From Carpediemonas membranifera BICM (Eukaryota > Protista > Fornicata), in contig JAHDYR010000005.1 in NCBI GenBank assembly GCA_019828565.1, forward strand, positions 781,342-845,341: a stretch of 64,000 nt of DNA. The letters are read 5' to 3'. The translations under genes and the position numbers were made by a program. Positions 32,694-41,126 of this stretch are shown here, piece after piece (the stretch's first letter is position 1; each line of letters opens with the position of its first letter). Under the pieces are notes generated by a model that did no database searches, had not been told where the DNA came from, and saw nothing but the letters and a program-made list of their open reading frames with translations.

Positions 32694-32846
32694 ATGGGAG
32701 CAAACTCATCCTGTTTCGATGGTGAGTACACGAGACCTCCTTCCAGTGGCGGAACTGACGGGAAAGCCCGCGTGAGCCCCGGAGCTGGCAACGAACCTGA
32801 CGTTTCTATCGATGGCTTCCGTACGAGGTGCGCTGGCGGGTTCTAA
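32694..32846 (+). CDS. 50-aa putative N-myristoylated micropeptide (GGF-tail family, copy 1)
   Basis: MGANSSC start with AAA-ATG context; C-terminal motif shared with 55551..55694. Confidence 0.6.
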   Translation: MGANSSCFDGEYTRPPSSGGTDGKARVSPGAGNEPDVSIDGFRTRCAGGF

Positions 32847-33137
32847 GGAATCTAACGTAATGGCAATGGTTGAACGATAAATCTACCATCGTCTATCAAC
32901 AATTATCGTGTTCGTGAAGTTTCAATGGCATCATCGTGCCATGTCGGAGAGGTGATCTTCCAAAGGACTCCATAGGACTCCAGATCAAGGGGGAATCACC
33001 CGCAATACGGACACCCAGTGGTGTTTCGCCATTAAATCGGCACAGCGCTCCAACACCGCCATCGGCTGCCCGCAGGTCCAACCCGCCGCACCAGCGACCT
33101 GCGAACCCCCAACCAACACACGAACTACTCATTTACT

Positions 33138-33728
33138 CTACGCCCTGCTGTTCTCGAGCATGCGGCGGAAGCCGTGGCGCCCGATGACAGGGAGGCCGCG
33201 CGCCGCCGCAGCCCAGTCGTCGTCGAACTTGGCGGCGTCGTCGTCGTGCATGCCGATGAGCGTGCGCGTCTCGGTCTGGCCGCCCTTGCCGTCGTCCTCC
33301 CGGATGAGCTCGACAGCGCGGTCGCCGATGGCGCGGCTGTGGACAGACGTCGTCTTGCCGTCGGCGCCGCGGACGGTGCGGGTCGTCTCGGTCACGTCGT
33401 TGACGGTCCTGGTCGTGGACGAGCTGAAGCGGACCACAGGCTCGCGGACAGGTGCGGCGGATGGCTCGCGCTGCTCCTCGGGCGTCGGCTCGGTCCGGCT
33501 CGGCTCGGGGTTGGTCTTGGCCTTCTCCTCCGGCTTCGGCTCAGAGGGCGCGGTCTGTGGAGCGGGCTGCTCCTCGCGGGGCTCCTGCTTTGCGTACTCG
33601 CGTGGGATGCGGACGTAGTAGCCGCCGTCAAGGAAGACGCGGGGCATGGGGGCGAAGAAGTCGTCGAAAACGTTGAACATGGATCTGTGTGAGCGTTTGA
33701 AGCTGTCAGGAACATACCTGCTGAACAT
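33138..33728 (-). CDS. MLF: Myeloid leukemia factor (MLF) family protein; probable in-frame intron 33685-33717
   Basis: FSSSTT...ETTRTVR...SRAIGDRAVELIRE...IGMHDDDAAKFDDDW is the MLF signature. Confidence 0.75.
   Translation of the reverse strand: MFSRYVPDSFKRSHRSMFNVFDDFFAPMPRVFLDGGYYVRIPREYAKQEPREEQPAPQTAPSEPKPEEKAKTNPEPSRTEPTPEEQREPSAAPVREPVVRFSSSTTRTVNDVTETTRTVRGADGKTTSVHSRAIGDRAVELIREDDGKGGQTETRTLIGMHDDDAAKFDDDWAAAARGLPVIGRHGFRRMLENSRA
33685..33717 (-). other. 33-nt in-frame, stop-free intron
   Basis: CAG|GTATGT...CTCAC ACAG|; matches the consensus of the frame-restoring introns in this window. Confidence 0.7.
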
Positions 33729-34153
33729 TGCTGCTTGTGTAGCTTGCTAACCTGTGAAGGTGTTTCTGCTGAAGTGTGGCGTCATAGCATCGATGGAATT
33801 CATCAAATCTCGGATCTGATTGATCTCCGGATGCATCCCAGTCGCGTCAGCTGCGTGGGCAGGGGCTGGAAGCGTGAGAGCTGCATGGCTCCGGTATGGG
33901 TCCAATGAGCGATCAACCCCAGTAACTGTAACTGTAGTGACAGTTCGAAGGCGGCACCGGTCCGGTGCTGGGCCGAGCACAAGCGGCGTGACAAATAATC
34001 AGAGAAAAGAAGACAGCGTGGCTGACTTTACTTAAGGCATTTACAGTTTACCTATTAACGGCATGCAATGATACATAGAATTGCCACGCGTGACAGTGAA
34101 TGAGTGCTGACGATCTTTATAAAAACTGAAGTGACTGATTTTGGTTAGATGTT

Positions 34154-34169
34154 GGTGTCAGATGACACC
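34154..34169 (-). promoter_or_regulatory. Histone-type 3' stem-loop downstream of H4
   Basis: Minus strand CCAAAAAC-GGTGTC-ATCT-GACACC-AACA: 6-bp stem and 4-nt loop, 22 nt after the H4 stop. Confidence 0.7.
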
Positions 34170-34191
34170 GTTTTTGGTTGTTTGATTGCAA

Positions 34192-34497
34192 TTAAGCGAA
34201 GCCATAGAGCATGCGGCCCTGGCGCTTGAGAGCGTAAACGACGTCCATGGAGGTGACGGTCTTGCGGCGGGCGTGCTCAGTGTAAGTGACAGCATCGCGG
34301 ACAACGTTCTCGAGGAAAGACTTGAGAACAGTGCGAGTCTGATCATAGATATCAGCAGAGATACGCTTCACACCACCACGACGAGCGAGACGGCGGATAG
34401 CGGGCTTGGTGATACCCTGGATGTTATCGCGGAAAATACGGTGGCGGCGCTTGGCGCCCTTGCCGAGACCCTTGCCTCCCTTAGCCTTGCCAGACAT
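34192..34497 (-). CDS. H4: Histone H4 (divergent N-tail)
   Basis: [25 protein letters not shown]...[16 protein letters not shown]...YALKRQG. Confidence 0.99.
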   Translation of the reverse strand: MSGKAKGGKGLGKGAKRRHRIFRDNIQGITKPAIRRLARRGGVKRISADIYDQTRTVLKSFLENVVRDAVTYTEHARRKTVTSMDVVYALKRQGRMLYGFA

Positions 34498-35182
34498 GAG
34501 AACTAGATTCGATGGTTGAAAATGGGTGATTATTTATGCAATACTTTTCTGCATGACTATGTCAAAATGAAGCTCAGTTTATGGCTTTGAAAATCCGAAA
34601 CAGAAAGTGGGTAGAGGTGGCGAATGGTGGATTGAAATCCTTAGGAATGGCGGATTCACGATGTATATGTAGTTTATGAGTCTTACAGTTTGCTTATTTG
34701 CTTGGTACGCTGTTATTCGGCAACAGAAGCAGCAGTGGATTGGGTTTAGGATTTATTCGTCTCTTCACGCTTGAATATAAGAGAGAAACTTGGTGTTTAC
34801 TACTCATTAGAAGCACACATGTTGAACTGCAACAGCTTCGCGTTTGTTCAGTCCTCTCGCGACGGCGTTGTGGTGGCAAAGTCTGGACAACCAAACGTCC
34901 ACCGCATATAGCTGGCTCTCGCGACTGTCAGCTCAGCCATCCTAATGCACATGGCGTAGTAGCTCCCTCTGAGTTTTTCTAGGCCGGCAACATCAGCCGC
35001 TGATCGTCGCGGCAGTCAGACACACCAGTAAACGGAAAGGAGCGTAGAGCAGGCGCCAGCAACTAAAGCTGAGTCGGCAAAAGCGTCAGGGGTCAGAAAA
35101 TAGATTTGGCTGTGTCAAGATCGCCGTAGATCCGACCACGATCGCGGGCGGTTGAGCGTGAATTTCTTCTGCACCACAACGA

Positions 35183-38100
35183 ATGCAGGCGTTCTTGCAA
35201 TCCCCTCTGCTGAGGATGGATTCTTCTCGTCTTTCACCTCTCCGTTCCACGCTTTTGAGGCATCCGCCGTCCCAAACTCGGCCGATAATGAAATGCATCG
35301 CCGTTGGAGCCCGCTACAGCATCGTTGCAGGAAAGAACACTGTAGTAATCTATAGCAGCGACAACGCTAAGTATGTGAGCAAGCTTGAAGTCGCCAGGGC
35401 CGACCGCATCACCAGCGTCGCCATCGACGACGACTCGACATGCCACTGCGGCACCGCCAAGGGCCGCATCTACACCTTCACCATCCCCACGGGGCGGAAT
35501 ACAGCAATGCCTGCCCCCGAGAGGTTCCGGGAGGGCCACGTCGACGCCGTGCACTTCATCATGTCATTCCGCAACACCACCCGACGCGAGCTGTGGACGG
35601 CCGGGGCCGACAACACCGTGCGGGTTTTCGACGTCGGCGCTGGAACCAAGGCTAAGGCCCGGGTCGTGATCCAGAGGAAGGCCCCCATGACGGCCCTGCT
35701 CCAGGTGCCCTCGGTCCGGGGCAACACCATGATATGGGCGTCATGCCTCGACGGCGCCGTCATTGTGATTGAGCCGAAGTCCCGCAAGGTCAAGCGCGTG
35801 ATCGAGTCGGACGACACCACGATCCCGCTCGACATGGCGTTTGACGGCGTCCACGTCTGGATCGCCACGAGCGAGGGCTCGCTCAAGCTCTACGACCTCA
35901 GCGGCGACCTGATCACTGCCATCCCCCTCCCTGTGCCCGCCAAGTCCAAGGTCGCCCGCGTACTCGCCCGGCCAGTTCTCACTGGGCACCGCGCGCCAGT
36001 GTACGTCGCCATGCAGAGCGGAATCCTCCTCGCAGTGTCATATGACAGTCGGACAGCCTCATACAAGGTATATAAGGCGGCCAAGGCCGTGGGCGGGTTC
36101 GTCGGTACCGAGTCGAACCTCCTCATCGCCTCGGCTCGCGGGCACCTCAGGTCATTCGCACCGATCATGGTCGTCGCGGGCAGGAAGGCGGCCAACGTGG
36201 ACGCGACACATGGATCGACTGTCGACCAGTCTGCGGCCGTCATTGACTCGGCCACGGCCGGCACGATCTTCCAGGAGGTCTCTCCTTCAGCCTTCGACCT
36301 CGGGGACGAAGATGAGGAGCTCACAGCCTCTGACAACATCCCCACGGCGACCCCGAGGCCGAGACACGTCAGGTCGAACAGCATGCTCGCGCCCAGGCCG
36401 CCCAGGACCCCCCTATGCCGTCGGGCGAGCATGCCCGTCATCACGCCCGTCGGCAACGGCCAATCATTTGATGAGAGCGGTGCGTCAGTGCACGCGCTGA
36501 GGGCCGAGCTCAAGGACATCAACGACCGCGCCGCGGCCATGGAGAGGAAGGCCAAACTCGCCCTGTTGCGTGCGTCTGCGAGTAAGAAGTTGAAGACAGA
36601 GCTCCAAGGGACGCTGGCGGCCATAGAAAAGGACAAGAGGGCCCTAGAGGACCAGAAGACGGCACTCGAGGCCCGGCTGCAGCAGGCCGAGTCAGCCCAG
36701 TTCTGCGCCGAGGAGGAGCGCGCCTCGATGAAGGCCAAGGTAGTCTCGGCTACCGAGGAGAACGCACTGCTCGAGGCCCGGGTCACGAATGCCGCCGAGG
36801 ACAAGGCGAACTTGGTCGAGCGGCTGGCCCAGGCTGAGAAGGAGCGCGAGGAAACCCAGACAGACCTCACAGCGACACAGCAGGAGCTCAAGATGCTCCA
36901 CGCCGAGCACACCGCCGCTATGGACCGGCACGCGACCGTTGACGCCAAGGTGAAGCAGCTCAGCCGAGCCAAGGCCTCTGTAGAGACCGAGCTGGAGGAG
37001 TCGAGACAGGAGCTCGAGTTCCTCGAGGCCCGCGTCAGGAGCAGCGCCAAGGCCAAGAGCACCCTCGAGCGGAGGCTCAAGAGCACGCAGGAGGACCTCG
37101 TAGAGGCCGAGAAGCGCGCTGTGATGGCCCGTGACGACCGGCTCAAGATGGAGGTGGCCAGCAGCGCCCTCAGGAAGGAACTCGAGCAGTTTAACGATCG
37201 ACTCACCACAGTCACGGCCCAGGCAGCCAAGGCTGAGCGCCGCGTCCACCTCCTTGCCGAGGACAAGGCCGTGTTGGAGGCTCGGCTTCGTCAGGCAAAC
37301 GGCGAGAAGGCCGAGCTCGAGACTGCTGTGGCGGACCTCAAGTCGCAGCTTGCCTGGGGTCGTGTTCGTGCATCTGAGCTCGAGAGCACCATTGAAGCAA
37401 TCGCCAGCGAAAAGCGCGTGCTGGAGGTGGCGAACGAGGCACTCAAGGGCACGGTTGGCGGCCTTGAGGAGCGCATCGCCGCCATTGGAGTAGAGTACGA
37501 AGCGATGAAGGCCGACCTCGAGCGCCGCATCGCATACCTTGCCAAGGAGAAGGCGCGGCTCGAGAGCAAGGCCGAGGCTCTCTCAGCAGGGGGTGTGAAT
37601 GAGAGGGAGAACCTCGCAGCAAGACTCGGCGACCTTGCTTCCCAGAAAGAGGCGCTCGAGGCCAGGCTTGAGGAGGCCGCGACCGGCAGTGCCGATCAAC
37701 TGAGCGCGGTGCAGGCCGAGCTGGACATACTCCGTCGGGAGAACGCCTCGCTCGAGCTGGAGCTAGAGAACGCACACCTTGACGGGGAACTGCAGAAGAA
37801 TGCCCTCGAGACCAAGCTCTCCGTCCTGACGCGGCAACGGGACGACCTCGAGACCCGCCTGGAGGAGTCACAAGCCGAGCTGCTCCTGTCCCGCCGTGAC
37901 AACACCGCGACACGGGCATCGTTTGAGCAGACCGTGGCCTCGCTGACGAACGAGAGGGACGCCCTCGAGTACCAGCGGGCACAGTCAGAGACGAACCGCC
38001 AGCAAACCCAGACCGAGCTGGAGGACATCCTCGAGACGATCCGTGTCGAGAGAGAGGTGCTACAGAGCCAGATGGGCCGGCGCGCCATCAACGACGGACA

Positions 38101-38527
38101 TGACCCAATGGAGGTCCCCAACGCCAACAAGGAGCGCCCTGCCTCCCCCAATGTGAAACATGTCGCCGCCCAACGTGTCGTTGAGGATGTCCGTGCCGCC
38201 GTGGCCGAGGTCCCCGTAGAGACCAGGTCATACCGCCTGGTCACCTTCGCCATCCACTACCACACGTACTGGGGTCAATCGCTCATGCTCGCCGGGTCGT
38301 CCCCCGAGCTTGGGGCCTGGAAGCTCGACCGTGCCCTCCCCCTCCGCTACATGGGCGACGGCCACTGGGGCGCCACGCTTCCCCTGGCGGCTGGCACGGA
38401 GGTGCAGTATAAGTACGTGGCTGTCAGCCCGTCGTTTGTTCGCTGGGAGAATGATCCTGCCGGGCCGAACCACGTCGTCTCCGTCGTGGAGGACGTCGAG
38501 TGCCAGGACCAGTGGAGTAACCTCTGA
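35183..38527 (+). CDS. WD40 propeller, long coiled coil and C-terminal CBM20 (starch/glycogen-binding) protein
   Basis: GHVDAV...LWTAGADNTVRVFD WD repeats; heptad-rich middle; VTFAIHYHTYWGQSLMLAGSSPELGAW...WGATL...QYKYV...RWE is CBM20. Confidence 0.85.
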   Translation: MQAFLQSPLLRMDSSRLSPLRSTLLRHPPSQTRPIMKCIAVGARYSIVAGKNTVVIYSSDNAKYVSKLEVARADRITSVAIDDDSTCHCGTAKGRIYTFTIPTGRNTAMPAPERFREGHVDAVHFIMSFRNTTRRELWTAGADNTVRVFDVGAGTKAKARVVIQRKAPMTALLQVPSVRGNTMIWASCLDGAVIVIEPKSRKVKRVIESDDTTIPLDMAFDGVHVWIATSEGSLKLYDLSGDLITAIPLPVPAKSKVARVLARPVLTGHRAPVYVAMQSGILLAVSYDSRTASYKVYKAAKAVGGFVGTESNLLIASARGHLRSFAPIMVVAGRKAANVDATHGSTVDQSAAVIDSATAGTIFQEVSPSAFDLGDEDEELTASDNIPTATPRPRHVRSNSMLAPRPPRTPLCRRASMPVITPVGNGQSFDESGASVHALRAELKDINDRAAAMERKAKLALLRASASKKLKTELQGTLAAIEKDKRALEDQKTALEARLQQAESAQFCAEEERASMKAKVVSATEENALLEARVTNAAEDKANLVERLAQAEKEREETQTDLTATQQELKMLHAEHTAAMDRHATVDAKVKQLSRAKASVETELEESRQELEFLEARVRSSAKAKSTLERRLKSTQEDLVEAEKRAVMARDDRLKMEVASSALRKELEQFNDRLTTVTAQAAKAERRVHLLAEDKAVLEARLRQANGEKAELETAVADLKSQLAWGRVRASELESTIEAIASEKRVLEVANEALKGTVGGLEERIAAIGVEYEAMKADLERRIAYLAKEKARLESKAEALSAGGVNERENLAARLGDLASQKEALEARLEEAATGSADQLSAVQAELDILRRENASLELELENAHLDGELQKNALETKLSVLTRQRDDLETRLEESQAELLLSRRDNTATRASFEQTVASLTNERDALEYQRAQSETNRQQTQTELEDILETIRVEREVLQSQMGRRAINDGHDPMEVPNANKERPASPNVKHVAAQRVVEDVRAAVAEVPVETRSYRLVTFAIHYHTYWGQSLMLAGSSPELGAWKLDRALPLRYMGDGHWGATLPLAAGTEVQYKYVAVSPSFVRWENDPAGPNHVVSVVEDVECQDQWSNL

Positions 38528-38585
38528 GCAGAATTGATCGGTCACTATAAATAGCGCATAAAATGCGATTTATGGGATTACTTTG

Positions 38586-40145
38586 TTACATACCAGCCTT
38601 TGCCTTCGCCATCCGGATCTGGCTCTGAAGCAGCGCCCGCTCCTGCTGGAACGTCCCCTGCAACTCATGCAGGGCCGCGGCGTGCTTCAGGATGGCGTCG
38701 CGATGGGTGCCCTCGATGGCCTTGATGCGGGCCTCATACGCCTCCCGCATCGCCGCGAGCTCCCGGGCAAGTACCGCGTCGAAGGAGTCGCCGTCGTCGA
38801 ACACGGGCTCATCTCGCCGCACCGTCTGCGCCTGCTCGAGACGCTCGCTGAGGTCGTCGAGCTGCTGCCGCAGGTCCTCCACCGCAGCCTGCCCGTCCAC
38901 ATGCGCCTGCTCGAGCGCCGTGATCCGCCGTGAACGCCGCTCGAGCTCGTCGTTCTTCCACTTCTGGGCAGCGGTCAACCGATCCACCTCGGCGCGGAGT
39001 CCACTTTCGTTCGCGGTAGTCGAGGCCGCTGTCTTCGTCACTTGGCTCAGCTCGGCCTCTAGGCGGCGGCGCTCGGTGCCCTGCTCTACAGCCTCCGCCC
39101 GAGCCGCCTTCAGTGCTGTCTCAAGGGCCGCGATCTCCTCCCGCAGGTCCTGGGCAGTCCGAGTGGAGTCGGAGTGCAGTTTTAAGCTCTCCTTCAGCCG
39201 ATGCTGTGTGATGTGGAGCTCCTGTCTCAGCTGGCTGATCGCCGACTCCCTTTCGCTGGCTTGCTCAGCCCCCGTGGACTCGAGCGCCCTCGCCTTGGCC
39301 TCCGACTGGGCGATCCGGGCTGTCAGCTCCTGCACCCGCTCCCTCTGCTCCCTCTCGGCCCTCTCAGCGGACAGGACTGCGTTGGACGAGCGTCTGGCGT
39401 CACTCTGGGCGTCTGCGAGCTCTTTCTTGAGGGCCTCGTTGGAGTCCTGGGCCGAGACGAGCTCTCGCCGGACCCGCTCAAGAGCTCGCTGCTCGTTCTT
39501 GAGCTTCTCGACTGCCCCACTGGCCTCCTTGTCCTTGATCTCGGCCTGGACCCCCACGGCGGCCACGGTGGGCGCGGGGGCGGGCGTCGTTTGCACCATG
39601 GCGAAGACCTTGGCCACGGGCACAGTCTGGATGCTCTTGGGCTCCGGGGTTACCGCCCTGGGGGCCGGGGTGAGCTGCATCGGGGCCGTCTGGGTGAACG
39701 TCGAGTGTGGGATGGGCTTCGGGGCGGGAGGGAGCGTGGGCATCCGGACGGGCGGTGCAGAGCCTACTCGTGCGGGTCTCCCCTGAGATACACCATGTTT
39801 TGAACATAGACCATGCTCCGTGCGGATGGGCGTGTTGGGCCCAGAACCGCCACCCCGGGCTGCTTTGATCAGCTCGTTTTCATACAACGCTCGGTATCTG
39901 CTGGTCTCGGCCTTTAGCTGAGATATTTCACTCCTCAGCTGCCTCTCAAGCTGTCTTTCCTCCTTGCTGGTCATATAAAGGCCCGACGGCTCCTCACCAT
40001 GCTTCGCAACATTCAGCATCGTGTTCAACTTCTCATAGCGCTGCACAAACCCAGTTTGATCTGTAGCCACGCGTCTATGAGTGCCAGTTGGCGCTGTTCC
40101 TGGCCTTGAAAAGCTCGCAAGTGATCTTCGAGCTGATAACGCCAT
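38586..40145 (-). CDS. Coiled-coil protein with a Pro-rich linker carrying xQT motifs
   Basis: Long E/A/R/L heptad region; first ATG (MALSARRS) at 40145. Confidence 0.75.
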   Translation of the reverse strand: MALSARRSLASFSRPGTAPTGTHRRVATDQTGFVQRYEKLNTMLNVAKHGEEPSGLYMTSKEERQLERQLRSEISQLKAETSRYRALYENELIKAARGGGSGPNTPIRTEHGLCSKHGVSQGRPARVGSAPPVRMPTLPPAPKPIPHSTFTQTAPMQLTPAPRAVTPEPKSIQTVPVAKVFAMVQTTPAPAPTVAAVGVQAEIKDKEASGAVEKLKNEQRALERVRRELVSAQDSNEALKKELADAQSDARRSSNAVLSAERAEREQRERVQELTARIAQSEAKARALESTGAEQASERESAISQLRQELHITQHRLKESLKLHSDSTRTAQDLREEIAALETALKAARAEAVEQGTERRRLEAELSQVTKTAASTTANESGLRAEVDRLTAAQKWKNDELERRSRRITALEQAHVDGQAAVEDLRQQLDDLSERLEQAQTVRRDEPVFDDGDSFDAVLARELAAMREAYEARIKAIEGTHRDAILKHAAALHELQGTFQQERALLQSQIRMAKAKAGM

Positions 40146-40419
40146 CGCCGTTCGTTCTGCCGACCCGCCCGACTCCCCTATGGTGGCATGACCCAGGTCA
40201 GAGGCTGTGTCGTCCCATAGTGTGCATGAGGTCACGCCTCATGCGTTCGCGGTCTTCGAATATCGACAGTCATCGCTGGGAGGACGAATAAAGCGGGTCG
40301 AGGGGGAGAGGTTTAACAACTGGACAAATGTGAGGTCGGCTTCTTCATAGCTTACTGCATATAGCTCAGCTAGCGTCTACTCTCAGTGGCGGTAGCTCTG
40401 TCGAGGCCATTGCCGGGCC

Positions 40420-40962
40420 TCACAGTCCGCCATCCTGGGCGTGACCGCGGTGATGCCGTGTGAACAGCCGTATCTGCCTCAGATGGCTGTCCTTGCCGCC
40501 CTGGTGGTTTTCTGTGATCAGCATCTGCAGGTAACGCATCCGCACACCGCTCGCGCCGTCCAACTCGGTGTGGCCCTTGAGGTCGATCACATACCAGCCG
40601 TGGGGCTCAGAGACAACCAGCTGGGTGAGATCCGCGAGGAGATATGGGCCCAGTGCGGAGCGTATAGTCATGACCTCGGGCGTGTAATTCGTGTCTTGAG
40701 AGTAGTCGAAGAAAATGCAGATGTGGGAGAGAACGACGGAGGAGGGGAAGGAAATGGTTACCATATGCGGTTGTTCGGCGTCAGATTGCCAGTAGGAGTT
40801 CAGATCGTTGTCTATGAGGTTGTATGCGTTGTGAGGGGGTTTGGAGGATGATGTCAGCCAAACACACTCCTTGCTGATATCTACATACCCCGATTGCTTG
40901 ATCCGGTCAGTAAAACGCTTGAAATCTCCTGGGGAAAACTCTATTGGCTCGAATGACGACAT
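40420..40962 (-). CDS. APC10: Anaphase-promoting complex subunit 10 (DOC domain)
   Basis: WLTSSSKP...NLIDNDLNSYWQSDAEQPH...DTNYTP...EPHGW...ENHQGGKDSHLRQI. Confidence 0.92.
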   Translation of the reverse strand: MSSFEPIEFSPGDFKRFTDRIKQSGYVDISKECVWLTSSSKPPHNAYNLIDNDLNSYWQSDAEQPHMVTISFPSSVVLSHICIFFDYSQDTNYTPEVMTIRSALGPYLLADLTQLVVSEPHGWYVIDLKGHTELDGASGVRMRYLQMLITENHQGGKDSHLRQIRLFTRHHRGHAQDGGL

Positions 40963-41126
40963 CCTACTTGGGTCCCGGAGTCGGCAAAGAAAAAAGGACG
41001 TCGAGAGGGCATGCTGGGTACATTTGGGTAGTCTCATGGGCGTGGTTACCCCGCATAGCGTCTGTTTCTTGATCACGCATTTTATGTCAAAAATCGCAAC
41101 ACACTCGAGAACGCGCGAAACGGCCC

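Noticed and set aside
32722-32746. GTGAGT...CCAG as an intron in micropeptide 1
   Set aside because: Lacks the TNAC-NYAG end, and removal would shift the frame away from the conserved GGF motif
33954-33968. Palindrome GCACCGG-T-CCGGTGC upstream of MLF
   Set aside because: Single occurrence in GC-rich DNA with no supporting context
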